A stretch of DNA of 64,000 bases from Macrostomum hystrix. Taxonomy: Eukaryota; Animalia; Platyhelminthes. The notes beneath the pieces were generated by a model, which was not told the origin of the DNA, made no database searches, and worked only from the letters and a program-made list of their open reading frames with translations. The stretch covers positions 372,001 through 436,000 of the forward strand of contig CATNEN010000038.1 of assembly GCA_950097015.1 (NCBI GenBank), written 5' to 3'. Of this stretch, positions 11,231 to 25,260 are shown piece after piece; position 1 is the stretch's first letter, and the number at the start of each line of letters is the position of its first letter. Position numbers and translations under genes: made by a program.

Positions 11231-13799
11231 GATAATAACACTGAGCCAAGGATTTAAATAAAATAATTAAAGGCTCCGTCTCTTCTCTGCTATAGTTAAT
11301 CTGTCTGTCCAAGCGGTAGTTAAATCTAAGATTAGGATCAGCATGCTCATTATCCCAAGTATGACCATGCTTCTCTGTCAAAAAATTCAGTTGTTTCATC
11401 TAGGAAAACTTTAGTTCAATCAAAAGCTTCTATAATATAAAAATTGTTTCCAGAAGTGCATTTTTTGCCGAATATGAGCTTTGTGAGGAACAGGTCCAAA
11501 GAAGCCCTTTGTGTGTGTGCTAAAATAGAACGGTAATGAGCATTCTAAGCTTCTATACATAGCATCCACCCCCTTTGTTAGCCCATCGCCCCAACTAAGC
11601 CTTCAAAATATCAACTCAATGACACGCAAGCGCTAATTATTAGTTGATAATTGCGCGAAAGCAGTCAAACACTGGCAAATTTATCAGCTACAGGACGTTT
11701 GTGTCTGTTAGTATATTCGACTAGTAAATGAAACCCCTCAGGATCCGCTTGCGCAGCATTCCGCGTCGCCTCCACCTTCAAGTAATACTGAGAGCCGGCC
11801 TTAATCTTGCAACAAACGCATTTAGAAAGGCATTTTAATGAATTTTTATTAGTTCAATTCCGAGTTCTTAGATTTTTCAGGAATTTTTGTTTCGCTTTTG
11901 TAGCATTGTACATTTTTGCTACACAGTTTTTATTGTTCTACAATTCAGTTGTTTTCCTAATTATATAGTTGCTGATTAAGCCAACAATAGTGCAAATACA
12001 TAGCATAATTTGCGCCTGCCTGTTTAGCTTATCTGGCCCGCAGAATTATTGTTTAAGAAACAGTTTGTCCAAATCGACCAACGTTATCAATCTACGAGTG
12101 CACTTATTTCTCTATTTCTCTTATCATCTCTTATCTGTTATAGTATTTCTCTGTCATATCAGTTATTAATTCGTTATTATGAAAGCTTTTATGCCAAAGT
12201 GAAGCCTAAATCTATTCAGGGCAGCTTTAATAATAATTATGGGTTACACCTGCTTCAATTGAGCCGGTGTGCAGCCGACAGCACTGCCGCAGCTATTGAG
12301 CGGTGCATCTGAAGGCTGCGTACAGCTGTAGGCGACGCCACACCCACCCTCAAACTCCGCAGCTTATGCTGGTACCCAGTTAACAGCTAGGTGTTAACAG
12401 CCTGGTCAGTTGTGCACTTTCTTTAATTTGAAATATAGTCTATTTATGAAGAGAGATAGTAAATCTCTAGGTAAATGTTGATCGGGCATGCATTCCCACA
12501 TTGGACATTGGTAATTTTTTAGTATCGCAATTCTTCAATGTAGCTTACTAATGTTTTGATTTTAAAGCCAATTTAAAAATATTAGCCTGTCTGTCAGATT
12601 CTAGTGAGTGCACAGTGTGAATTCCGAACTAATTCGAAATAATTTCGTGTCACGAACAGGTAAATCATTCCAGCGCAAAAGATGGATAATCTTCTGATCT
12701 CTGATCTCATATATTTTTTTGTAATGTCCACATGTTACTGAGAAGCAGATAAAATATATATTTGCAATACTTTTTATTCACATTTATGAATTTTCCAAAC
12801 AAAGTAGAGCAAAAAAGATTTAAAAAGAAATAGACGATAGAAGCAAAATAAATTCGCAATTTTTATCGTTTCATTTTTTGCCCAAATCTAAGTAAAAAAG
12901 TACCCGCTAGTCGCTGATATTTAAAAAAACAAAATAGCAAAAAATAGTATCGCGTGTCATTTTTAGTTGAGCAGAATTAAACACGGGGTGGCCGTGAACT
13001 ATAGCGACAATAAAATTAGATAAATAAAATTTCACAGGCTTAACATCCATTGATTTTTATTTAAAAACAAAATTTCAGTGCCCATAAAAGAAAGATTTTC
13101 AAACTTGTGTTTCTGTACTTTAGTGGTGCACTTTTACTGGCAGTTAATCAATGGTCGATAGTCACTAAAATCCCAGTACAGCATTCCTCCCATCTAGGGA
13201 TTTTTTTGCTTATTTACTCACAGGAGTCACAATGCAAATTCGAAATCCCCTCTAAAATCCCTGCTAGAATCATTAGACTCAGACGATGCAGTGGATAGCA
13301 AGTCAAAGCGTTGAATTAAGACGCTGGGATTATAGATTTGAGTGCCTGTATTTTAAGTAGAGTGGACAACAGCGACTATAACTGCATGTGCAACAACTTA
13401 AGTGAAAATGCCGCAGTTTCATTTAAACGGATGTGAAGTAAATATAGACTCTTGATGTTTGTGAGCAAGTACAGTGCAGTGTGCACGGCTGGTGCATTGT
13501 AGTTCATTTTCACCGTGATTAATTGTCTTTAGCGTGCGTGTCACGTGACAAATTGACATTGATGCTAAAAATAGAACGGAAAATGTTTGTCCGTTAGGAG
13601 TAGTAGAATTAAATTGTATAAATTCTGTTTAACAGAAGAATGTTATTTAATCCCCAGCTTGGCCCGGCCTATTGGCTATTAATTCTATGTATTTATTATT
13701 TAACTGGCCTAGGCCGATTAAACATAGTCTATGGTCACAGTTGCTGTAAACTGTTTTAGTATTGCTTTTGTCGCGCTATGTGGAACAGTGGATATGCAA

Positions 13800-14490
13800 A
13801 ACGGAACGCCCCATGGAATTCTATGGCCAAGCGTCTGAATTCACACGAGAAAGTAAGCCATAGACAACTCAAATTGTCATGCTATGTGGAACGATGAGCC
13901 AGAATAGAAGGAACGATTTTAGCTTTTCACAGAGACAACAAGACACTTTCATTTTTTTGAAAACTTGTGGACCTGGAGATCGCAGGGCAGGTCGGCTCGT
14001 GGACACCCAGTGAAGCGCACGGTGACAACCCAGAGGGTCCTAACGCTACGGTTTGCATGGTAATTTCGTCGGAGTTCGGGTTGGTGCATCCTGTCATCCG
14101 GAGAGGTGGCCAAACGCAGAAAATGTTTCAAGAAGTTTTAGACCACCTAGCAGATCGCTGCCATCAACTGGACCCTACCGGACACTGGATAATTTTTATG
14201 GATGGCCCAAAATTTCATCGTAATGTGGAGATCCGAGAGAACCATCGGGACAGAATTACGACACGAATCCTACCCCTGTATTCGCCATTTCTAAACCCGA
14301 CCGAATTTATTTGCTAACTCTGCGTTGAAGTCAAATCTCGAAAACGGTTTGGCGGAAGTCGGCATGAGCAAAGTTGAGGATGAGCAAATTCCACCAGAAG
14401 TTACTTGAGTAGTGGAGATTCATGCTACTTGAACGAGAGGCGACTTAAGCTGTTAGCAAGCAATCACTGCTGACAAGTGCGCTGGCTGGG
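13800..14490 (+). pseudogene. Tc1/mariner (DDE_3) transposase relic
   Basis: ORF 13967-14317 contains ...WIIFMDGPKFH...ILPLYSPFLNPTEF, a degenerate DNAxxH / LPPYSPDLNPIE motif pair, with flanking stops. TIRs not identified; boundaries approximate. Confidence 0.75.
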
Positions 14491-14716
14491 ATCTGCTGCT
14501 CGCTGGGATCTACTTCTACCCCTGCAGCTAATTCGGGCAGATTGGATCAAATGAACTCGGGGTCATAAGTCCGAACTTGTTACCACTAGAATTTTCTAAG
14601 ATTTTAAATGTCGCTTGTAAATTTCGAATGATAAAAAAATTATTATAGGCACAAAATTAACCGCGTGTATCTATTGGTATCCATGGCAAAGTATCAGTTG
14701 CTAAGGGCGGTGTTGA

Positions 14717-17700
14717 TTAATCGCTCACGCTTGACTGCGCGGAATCGCCCAGCAGCTTCTTCTGGCTCTCCTGCCTCTGGTAGTCGACGATGCGGAAGGC
14801 CTCCAGGAACTCGTTGAAGTCGATGTAGCCGTCGCTGTTCAGGTCCAGCGACTTGGCCATGTCTGCCACCTCCTCCTCTGTCATCTGGCGCCGCGTAGCC
14901 TGGCACAGAATTCGACACGACTCCTTGAACTCCTCCAGGCTGATTTGGCCGCTGTTGTCCTGCGCCGCGTGATTTCCGGGAGATAGGGAAGCGCTTCGTT
15001 TAAGTGCACTCACTCCACTAGCTGCTGGTCTAACAGCTCCTGCCTAACAGCTCCTGCCTAACAGCTCCTGCCTAACAGCTCCTGTCTAACAGCTCCTGCC
15101 TAACAGCTCCCGTCTAACAGCTCCTGTCTAACAGCTCCTGTCTAACAGCTCCTGTCTAACAGCTCCTGTCTAACAGCTCCTGTCTAACAGCTCCTGTCTA
15201 ACAGCTCCTGTCTAACAGCTCCTGTCTAGCAGCTCCTGTCTAACAGCTCCTGTCTAACAGCTCCTGCCTAACAGCTCCTGTCTAACAGCTCCTGTCTAAC
15301 AGCTCCTGCCTAACAGCTCCTGTCTAACAGCTCCTGTCTAACAGCTCCTGTCTAACAGCTCCTGTCTAACAGCTCCTGTCTAACAGCTCCTGTCTAACAG
15401 CTCCTGTCTAACAGCTCCTGTCTAACAGCTCCTGTCTAGCAGCTCCTGTCTAACAGCTCCTGTCTAACAGCTCCTGCCTAACAGCTCCCGTCTAACAGCT
15501 CCTGCCTAACAGCTCCCGTCTAACAGCTCCTGCCTAACAGCTCCCGTCTAACAGCTCCTGCCTAACAGCTCCCGTCTAACAGCTCCTGTCTAACAGCTCC
15601 TGTCTAACAGCTCCCGTCTAACAGCTCCTGTCTAACAGCTCCTGTCTAACAGCTCCTGTCTAACAGCTCCTGTCTAACAGCTCCTGTCTAACAGCTCCTG
15701 TCTAACAGCTCCTGTCTAACAGCTCCTGTCTAACAGCTCCTGTCTAACAGCTCCTGTCTAACAGCTCCTGTCTAACAGCTCCTGTCTAACAGCTCCCGTC
15801 TAACAGCTCCTGCCTAACAGCTCCCGTCTAACAGCTCCTGCCTAACAGCTCCTGTCTAACAGCTCCTGTCTAACAGCTCCTGTCTAACAGCTCCTATCTA
15901 ACAGCTCCTGTCTAACAGCTCCTGTCTAACAGCTCCTGTCTAACAGCTCCTGTCTAACAGCTCCTGTCTAGCAGCTCCTGTCTAACAGCTCCTGTCTAAC
16001 AGCTCCTGCCTAACAGCTCCCGTCTAACAGCTCCTGCCTAACAGCTCCCGTCTAACAGCTCCTGCCTAACAGCTCCCGTCTAACAGCTCCTGCCTAACAG
16101 CTCCCGTCTAACAGCTCCTGTCTAACAGCTCCTGTCTAACAGCTCCCGTCTAACAGCTCCTGTCTAACAGCTCCTGTCTAACAGCTCCTGTCTAACAGCT
16201 CCTGTCTAACAGCTCCTGTCTAACAGCTCCTGTCTAACAGCTCCTGTCTAACAGCTCCTGTCTAACAGCTCCTGTCTAACAGCTCCTGTCTAACAGCTCC
16301 TGTCTAACAGCTCCTGTCTAACAGCTCCCGTCTAACAGCTCCTGCCTAACAGCTCCCGTCTAACAGCTCCTGCCTAACAGCTCCTGTCTAACAGCTCCTG
16401 TCTAACAGCTCCTGTCTAACAGCTCCTATCTAACAGCTCCTGTCTAACAGCTCCTGTCTAACAGCTCCCGTCTAACAGCTCCTGCCTAACAGCTCCCGTC
16501 TAACAGCTCCTGCCTAACAGCTCCTGTCTAACAGCTCCTGTCTAACAGCTCCCGTCTAACAGCTCCTGCCTAACAGCTCCAGTCTAACAGCTTGTCTCAC
16601 AGCTACAGTCTAACAGTTGAATTGAAAACTTTCAAGTCCATAGAAACGAACCTTGTCCATGATCCGGAAGATTGTCTCCAGCTCTTCCTTGTTCTTGTAT
16701 ACAGTTTCTGTAACAGAATTGGCGACCTCTTTGCCGCCACTTAGTCTGTGCTGAATAGCTGCTCTCTGGAAGGTGGACATGTACAGTAGGCGGCCCTCTT
16801 TGTTCAGCTGGGCCAGGTGGGGACGCAGGGTGCGCCAGGGCAGCTCGAGGCGCAGTTGCTCCTCCATGGCGCTGCACCATTGCGACACTCGAATGGCTCC
16901 CGTCTTGCCCGGGTCCAGGCGCAGAAAAGCGTCAACCAGCTCGCTCTTGCAGGACAGAATCTTGCCGCGAAGGTCGCGCACGGCGCTGTCTTCTACGTGG
17001 GAGAGACGCTGGCCCGGCGGCAGCTGTCGGCTCTTGCTGGCCACGAACTGAACCACTCGGGGCCGGCAGTCGCTGTCGAACTTCACGTAGGCGCCCTTGT
17101 TGCTGCCCTCCTCGTAGTAGTTGGAAGCGGAGAACACCGTCAGCACGCAGTCGTCGTGGCAGTACTCCCAGCCGTCCTGCTTGCACTCGTGTGACCTTAC
17201 CAGCAGTCGGTAGCCGTATTTGGCCAGGAAGTTTTGAGTGACATTGGGCCCGAAGTAGCAGCCGCCGCCTCTGAATGTGTTCGGCTTGCAGCCCGGCTGC
17301 GGCTTCGGGTCGCTCCAGAGCAGGTCGAGCACCTGGCGCCACTCCATGTAGTCCACTTTGTCTTCGCCGGATTTGGTCACCGGCGGTCGGAGGACGCTGA
17401 CGTAGCGATGCCGGTCGAGGCGCCTGACTTTTTCCAGGTCAACTTTGTCTGAGATGCCGCCGTGGGTGACGAAGACCCGATCGTCAATCACTGTAGCCAG
17501 CGGCATCCAGGCGAACACCTCGCTGAATAAGTTGAGAATTTTGTTGGCAGTCTGGCGGTACTTGTACTGCACCTCTTTGATGAAGCCGTAGCGAAGATTC
17601 ATCACCTGCATGGCAAGTAGTTTGATAGTTGTCTAGTACTTTCCGAGCAAAATTTAGTTTTTTTATCTAAGTGATGATACGATTACGTCTGAAATGAAAT

Positions 17701-20263
17701 CTATATCCGAGCTGCTATTAACGTTCCGAGCAGCTCTCACTCTCTCTCCTATAGGCCTATCAGACTGCCACGACGCAATGTTCGTCTGCCCTCGAGCAGC
17801 TGCCACCGGAGCAGAGATCAAGTCACGTGCACAGTCAAAAACGTCTCGCTACTGGTAAATAACCTACGCCGTTTTTACCTGCGCGGCATCTCAGTTCATA
17901 CTCGTCCCCAGGTGCTGAAGATCAAAGAAAACCAGCCGCTCGCCTCCCCTTTGAAGTTGCTCAAATCTCAGGAGATGCCCGGTAATCTTTTATGTCTCCG
18001 ACTTTTTCCCTGCCACTCCTAGCGGAATCTTCGATTTCATGAGAAAACACGATTGAAATATGGCTTTCGTTAGTTAGAATAGTCCTTGATTTCCAATCAA
18101 TTAAAAGCTTTACCATCCAGACTTGCTTTGAAGGGTTTTATGATTCGTGGCAGAAAATGTCTGTCATCATTAAACGCATAGCTTATTTGTCATAAGATAG
18201 GGCACAATTACCAATGGATTTTTTTCTCCTTTTACCGTTATCCGACACCCACCCCACTCCCCGCTCTTTCCCTTTCCTTGTCTGCCATTGGCTATCGCCG
18301 AATTCCATGCCCAGCTATCTCACTCCAGGGGTGGAGCTAGGATTTTTTTTGGTTGGACTCGTGGTCAGTGGTGCCACAAAGGATTTTGGAAGTCGCCTCC
18401 TTGCATTTTGAGAAATTGGGTGATATGGTCCTTGAATTTGGGGAATTTGGGAGGCCGATCCTTAAATTTCGGGGATTAGTGAGGCCGCCACGTTGAATTA
18501 GGGAGATTTAGTGACGGGGCGCCACCTTGGATTTGGAAGGCTGAATGACTGAATTTTAGACGCTGCTACATTGGAATGTCCCCTTTGCCCAAGCTTTGTC
18601 CCTGCCTAACCCCCTTATACCGACCCACCCGCCTCCATATTCTGTGTTAATTGGCTGTCGGCTGATCCACTTCACTTTGCGAGCAAAAGCCACCCAGTTA
18701 GTCATCAGTGGCTCAAGTTTAACAATGGTCCCACCTGATCCTCGTGGTTGCCTCGGTTGAGGAAGACGGCGGAGGGCCAGACCAGCTGGCAGGCGAACAA
18801 CAGTGCGGCGATCTCCACGGAGTTGACGCCGCGGTCCACGAAGTCGCCGTTGAAAATGTACGGATTTGTTACATCTGGAAGGCCGTTTTTATAAAGCACA
18901 ACCAACAGATCCTCGAGTTTGCCGTGAAGGTCGCCGATAACTGTTATCTGAGCGAGTGATGGGTAGATTTTTTTATTTATTAAAATTAAAATGCTTCAAT
19001 GAAAAGATTTCCTCAAGTTTTCTGCCCTCTATTCACTCTTTCTTTCTCTACACTTTTCTTGTTTACCTGTCCAGTTCAATCTAGCTCTCTCTCGTTATCT
19101 TTGCCCGTGGCTGATTTTTCATTCTCTCTCCCTTCCTCCTTTCTTATTGGTCGCCACCTCATAGGTCGCCCGTGGCTGATTTTTAATTCTCTCTCCCTTT
19201 CTTCTTTCTGATTGGTCCCCACCTCATAGGTCGCCCGTGGCTGATTTTTAATTCTCTCTCCCTTATTCCTTTGTGATTGGTCGCCACCTCACCCCAACTG
19301 CTAAAAATTCTTTTTTTTCTAACTCCAAGCTTCTGTTTGGGCCAGGCCATTCCTCTCTCCGCCAGTTGGTTAAACAAATATTTCGCATTTTTTGACTCGA
19401 CCCAACTCTTCTGTTTCTCTTACATCATTCCCGAATAACATTTCTCGTCTGCAAAGTTCTTTATTTTATCGACAATAGCAAAGCTGCTCACAAGCTTCCC
19501 TCCGAAAGGACCTGCTTAGACTCATCCGAAGGACAACAAGTAAAATAGTAAACTACGCTCGTAAGGAATACCCAGTCTGCCTCGATCTGCAGCTGCTTTA
19601 GTTGCCCCGTTGTAAAAAATGAAGTCTTTTTACTCACCTGCCTAGAAATGCTTGTACTGGCCTGCTGCAGGTTGGGCCTGGTCTTCAGCAACACTCTTGT
19701 CTCGTGCATCAGCTGCAACAGGTAGCGAGCGTGTAATTGATTGCCCTGCCTGAAGCTGTCAATCATTAGCTGTACGTGGGTAGCGCTGAGCGGAAAGCTC
19801 AGCTTGGGCCCCTTGTAGCTCTTCTCGATATTTATTTCCTCGAAGCCTGTCTGCTCCAGCAGCTCTTCGTCCTCATCTTCCTGGCTTTTCTGTCGCAATC
19901 GCTCCGCAAACATCAGATTGCTGCCGCCGCCGCTGCTGCTGCCTCCGAAGCGCAGCATGTCGTTGAAGAAGTTGTACAGGTGAAGCTGGCTGGCCTCGCT
20001 GCTGTACTCTATGCTCTGGTAGATCATCCACGTGGTTCGTCGGCGTGCCTCCAGGCGGGCCTTGTAGCGCCGGTACCACTTCTGGATGAGGACAGCCGAC
20101 TGCAGGCTGACTTCGTTCTTCGCTTCGGCTTCAGCCTGCCTGGCTGCCACAGCAGCAGCTGATGAGCCTCTGTCTGACCTGGCTGACGAGCCGCTGCGAA
20201 CACTGACGACAGATTTCGCTGCTGCTGTTGCCGGCTCACACTTTAGGTTATTGTTGCTAAGCC

Positions 20264-20294
<31 letters not shown>

Positions 20295-20375
20295 TCGACT
20301 GCAGTCTTTCGGCTCAGTGGATGCGTCGGCTTCTGGAGTCACAGCCGCAGCTGCCGCGCTTGGTCCGCAGCCCAT
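14717..20375 (-). CDS. PPEF: Serine/threonine-protein phosphatase with EF-hands (PPEF / rdgC), ~715 aa
   Basis: Exons 20375..19638, 18947..18735, 17605..16652, 14959..14717, all GT-AG and phase 0. Features: N-terminal MGC acylation motif, polyQ, IQ motif (SAVLIQKWYRRYKAR), PPP motifs GDLHG, GDFVDRG, RGNHE, HGG, LLWSDP, RSHE, FSASNY, and C-terminal EF-hands (DKDNSGQISLEEF, DLNSDGYIDFNEF). Confidence 0.95.
15028..16615. repeat. 14-bp minisatellite (TCTAACAGCTCCTG)n filling PPEF intron 3
   Basis: About 110 tandem copies, directly visible. Confidence 0.97.
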
Positions 20376-21295
20376 GACACCTTTGCAACTCTTTGCTGGC
20401 TGCTGCTGCTGCTGCTGCTGCCGAGTTGACTGGCAAGCCCTGTCGCGTGTGGGGTGTTAAAATCTGGGTGAGAAGGTCTAAGAAGTTGTTTGCAGCTGCA
20501 TGGGCGGTGTTAAATGCCGAATTTAGGTCACCGCCCCTGGCATGCTCAGCTATACTCAGCTGGAATAGCGCTGATTAATATGGGTCTGAATTTTCTAGAA
20601 GTTTCCTCTCCTGGCCTGTCCTGTACTGCAGATCGGAGACAAAGCAGAAGCGCAGGCCGGGCAGTGGATGACGATGCGGGGCCGGAGTGATGAGGGAATC
20701 GCAGGAGTAACGGAGCGGCCTGAAAGACACTAAAAGGTTGGAGCCGGACCAATCAATGCGGGAGGTCTGTCCTAACTAGAGTTCCAGACTCCCTGCCGAA
20801 CTCCTGCACTCAACTCTATTCCCTAACTGTGCTCCGCTGTCTATTGTGGTCCCATTAGATGCATCTGTTATCCGAGTTTTGCCAGGATTTACACGGCGGA
20901 TTGGGGTGGGCTGGCTAGGTAGAGTCAGTGAGCTGAGCAGGGAATCAGTGCCTGGGATTGGCCTGTGTTTGGGAATATATCGAGCGCGATAGAGGGACTC
21001 AAAGTGCGGATCGCACACTCGAAATGACGGGGCCAGGCAGGTCCCCTGTCCGTCACTTCTGCGCACCGTCCCGCCTATCCTGCCCGCCTACCCGCTTTCC
21101 TTCCCTCGGCCAGCACCGCCTCCTGGGGGGTAGACCGTCTCATTTATTCTGCCGGATATGCGCGCGTGCAGTCGGATTCCCCTATAATCTTGCCCAGTCT
21201 ATTCATTATTTCCCTTGTTTTGCTAATCTAGCCCGCACCCCGAGTACTCGGCTTGCCTGCGTCCTCAGTTCGAAGCTTTTCTCCTCCTTTTCTAA

Positions 21296-21586
21296 GGTGT
21301 TGCAGATTGATGAGGGAGAGTCAATCAATCAGTGCTCAGGATTGAAGCAGGTGTTGCAGATTGATGAGGGAGAGTCAATCAATCAGTGCTCAGGATTGAA
21401 GCAGGTGTTGCAGATTGATGAGGGAGAGTCAATCAATCAGTGCTCAGGATTGAAGCAGGTGTTGCAGATTGATGAGGGAGAGTCAATCAATCAGTGCTCC
21501 GGATTGAAGCAGTTGTTGCAGATTGATGAGGGAGAGTCAATCAATCAGTGCTCAGGATTGAAGCAGGTGTTGCAGATTGATGAGGG
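21296..21586. repeat. 54-bp tandem repeat, ~5.4 copies
   Basis: Unit GTGTTGCAGATTGATGAGGGAGAGTCAATCAATCAGTGCTCAGGATTGAAGCAG. Confidence 0.95.
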
Positions 21587-23124
21587 ATCTCTTCAGTGTA
21601 TCCAATAATGATAATAGCAATCGATATTCTTGTTGCAATGCAAGTTCGACCAATAAATATCAAAGCAGTAGCCTAATCGATATTGCATAAAGGTATATTC
21701 CTGTCTTTAAAATTTATTTAGTTTTTCCCAGTCCGTTGTAGATCTCCTTTACTAATCAATAACATCTGCTTCTTTGTTGGTTTCAAAATTTTCACTGCTT
21801 GCTGCAGTCCAGAATTGATCAGTTGAGTAAAATCCCCCAAGGACAGAAGATACCAAGATCAACCGGGCGAAAAGGAGAGAAAAACTGTTTACTTGAAGCA
21901 AAAATGCCTAATTCTACTTGATAAGATTCATCCAGCTGTTAAATGCGTACCGCAACACTAGGCCTCTCTTAGTCCATGGACTGTACAGTTGTAAACAGCA
22001 TCAAAGGCTGTGCTGCATATCTGGCCTTACTGTGTAGTGTGTCATTTCTATTACATGTGTTCGGGAATGGCCTAGAGTTTAGAGAGTCGCACTTTCCGAC
22101 TAATTTGTGCCTTTTAACAAGTCACTTGATTCTGCACTGCTTCAACTCACCCTGTAAAATCGTTACCAGCATTAGCTGGGTGATTGGTGTGTGTGGCGTC
22201 TCCCCAGTCCATGGACTGAACAGCTGTACGCGGCTTCCAGATGCGCCTCGCAATTGGGACAGGTGTGACCCATTATTGCTATTAGAAATCTTAAGGATAC
22301 GAACTCCTGACCTGTCATATTTTACTTATCAATACTAAGCCTATTAAGCCCATCTAATATTGGGAATAAGTTTGCTCTGATTAACTGCCACCCAATAGCA
22401 TGAAGAGGATTTCTTGCACCTTGGATGCAAAAGCACTCCGTGTGATTTGAGAACCTTGAGCAGCATGTTTTCATACTGCTCAAACCAACCATGCCTATGA
22501 TTAGTCATATGGCCCAGTTCGCAAAGCTCTTCGCGAGTCCACGGCAGCACACTTTGCACTTTATTCCCAACTAAGTGCGAATTAATTAACTCCCCTGATA
22601 ACGAGGTACACGATGGCAGGAAGCCAGCGCTCGGCAAGGCTATAAGAATCAGTTGCATATGAGAAGCCTGGGGGGTAGCTTGAGCCCTGATGTCTCACTC
22701 GGCGGAGAATGCATGGCAAATTAGGGATTTGAGATGCCTGATTCGCACCTGAGCCCTGGCTGAGCACACCGCGGCTTCTCCTAATTTGGCGCCGAGGTAA
22801 AGATTGCCAGCCCGAACTCGTGTAGGTGCCGGGCTAAAATCTAAGCGACAGCAGACTGGCCTCACAAAATTGACAGCTGGAGCACACCTGCACTGAACCT
22901 TCATCATTGAAAGGTGTTCTCTCACATGAGTATAGACCAGATTTTATGTCGAAACCAAGAATAATAATATTTTTATAAGATTCTTGTGGTACTTGTAAAC
23001 GGGAAATAATATAAAAATTGCAATCATTTGTGGCGCAGTTGCTGAGAGAAGGCTTGGGTCGTGCAATTCACGCCCTTGAGGGCCAACCCCCAAGGCACAA
23101 TGATAGTGAAAATAGGAACCCCAT

Positions 23125-24278
23125 AAACCCCACACAGCTAGGAACTGATGCCTAAGAGATAAGGCGATAATGAGACTGAGACAAACCCCACACAGCTAGG
23201 AACTGATGCCTAAGAGATAAGGCGATAATGAGACTGAGACAAACCCCACACAGCTAGGAACTGATGCCTAAGAGATAAGGCGATAATGGGACTGAGACAA
23301 ACCCCACACAGCTAGGAACTGATGCCTAAGAGATAAGGCGATAATGAGACTGAGACAAACCCCACACAGCTAGGAACTGATGCCTAAGAGATAAGGCGAT
23401 AATGAGACTGAGACAAACCCCACATAGCTAGGAACTGATGCTAAGAGATAAGGCGATAATGAGACTGAGACAAATCCCACACAGCTAGGAACTGATGCCT
23501 AAGAGATAAGGCGATAATGGGACTGAGACAAACCCCACACAGCTAGGAACTGATGCCTAAGAGATAAGGCGATAATGAGACTGAGACAAACCCCACACAG
23601 CTAGGAACTGATGCCTAAGAGATAAGGCGATAATGGGACTGAGACAAACCCCACATAGCTAGGAACTGATGCCTAAGAGATAAGGCGATAATGAGACTGA
23701 GACAAACCCCACATAGCTAGGAACTGATGCCTAAGAGATAAGGCGATAATGAGACTGAGACAAACCCCACACAGCTAGGAACTGATGCTAAGAGATAAGG
23801 CGATAATGAGACTGAGACAAACCCCACACAGCTAGGAACTGATGCCAAGAGATAAGGCGATAATGGGACTGAGACAAACCCCACATAGCTAGGAACTGAT
23901 GCTAAGAGATAAGGCGATAATGAGACTGAGACAAACCCCACACAGCTAGGAACTGATGCCTAAGAGATAAGGCGATAATGGGACTGAGACAAACCCCACA
24001 CAGCTAGGAACTGATGCCTAAGAGATAAGGCGATAATGGGACTGAGACAAACCCCACATAGCTAGGAACTGATGCCTAAGAGATAAGGCGATAATGAGAC
24101 TGAGACAAACCCCACACAGCTAGGAACTGATGCCTAAGAGATAAGGCGATAATGAGACTGAGACAAACCCCACACAGCTAGGAACTGATGCCTAAGAGAT
24201 AAGGCGATAATGAGACTGAGACAAACCCCACATAGCTAGGAACTGATGCCTAAGACATAAGGCGATAATGAGACTGAG
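23125..24278. repeat. 58-bp tandem repeat, ~20 copies
   Basis: Unit AACCCCACACAGCTAGGAACTGATGCCTAAGAGATAAGGCGATAATGAGACTGAGACA. Confidence 0.95.
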
Positions 24279-24759
24279 AAGAACTGGCAAATTATTTCGT
24301 GACAAGAACACTCTAGCACGTACGCTGAAGTGATAACTCACAAAAATGTGAAAAGTGCAGCTGCTCAGTCTACTAATTGCTCTTGAGGGTATCTCTAGGC
24401 ACCTGGCATGCCCGTGTTTTTTAGCTGTGATTATAACATTATTATTAATGACTATTAGCATTGAGCATATTGCATCGTCATAACGATGAGCTTTGAGAAG
24501 CTTTGAGCTTTGAGCAGTCGCTCGGGTTGCTGGGGATTTTATTTCTAAGTCGCTTAAATGAACCTACTCGTGATAAATGATAAAAAGACTGCATTCTCAA
24601 ATAATTGACACCTGTTGCGTCTAAACTACTTAGCTCTACAAGGCAGTAGCATGAGTATGATTGAGACTATGATTGAGAACATGATTGAATTTTTCAAGAA
24701 AATACGAGCATGGTGCTGAAAAAACTGAAAAAACTTATTTTAGATCGAAAAAATAAAAT

Positions 24760-25260
24760 TGATTGATAAATGACGCTGATCAAATAATGATCGAAATGAT
24801 CTATCGATAAATTATGCTGATAGGGAAATTATCGAAATCATCGATCAATAAATGATGCTGATCGATAAATTTTTGAAATGATCGATCGATAAATTATGCT
24901 GATCGATAAATAATCGAAATGATCAAAAGATAAATGATATTGATCGATTAATGATCGAAATGATCGATCGATAAATGATGCTGATCGATAAATGATCGAT
25001 AAATGATCGAAATGATCGATCGATATGCTGATCGATAAATGATCGAAATGATCGATCGATAAATGAAGGCGATCGGTAAATGATCGAAATGATCGATCGA
25101 TAAATGATGCCGATCAATAAATTATGTTGATAAGGAAATGATCGAAATGATCGATCGATAAATGAAGGCGATCGGTAAATGATCGAAATGATCAAGCGAT
25201 AAATGATGCTGATACGAAAATGATCGATTGACAAATCACACAGATCGATAGATTATCGAA
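24760..25260. repeat. Degenerate GATC/ATCGAT-rich low-complexity repeat
   Basis: Repeated ATGATCGATCGATAA / ATGATCGAA motifs. Confidence 0.9.

Noticed and set aside
20958-21608. 216-aa ORF with an 18-aa repeat
   Set aside because: It has a non-ATG start and its length comes from a 54-bp tandem repeat; no recognisable protein, although an acceptor-like site precedes the repeat.
23125-24278. 58-bp array as a CRISPR array, hammerhead-ribozyme tandem or micro-exon array
   Set aside because: There are no unique spacers. CTGAT-GCCT..AGGC-GATA lacks the CUGANGA/GAAA core. The AG..GT-bounded 23-nt pseudo-exon on the - strand is not a multiple of 3 and meets a stop when concatenated.
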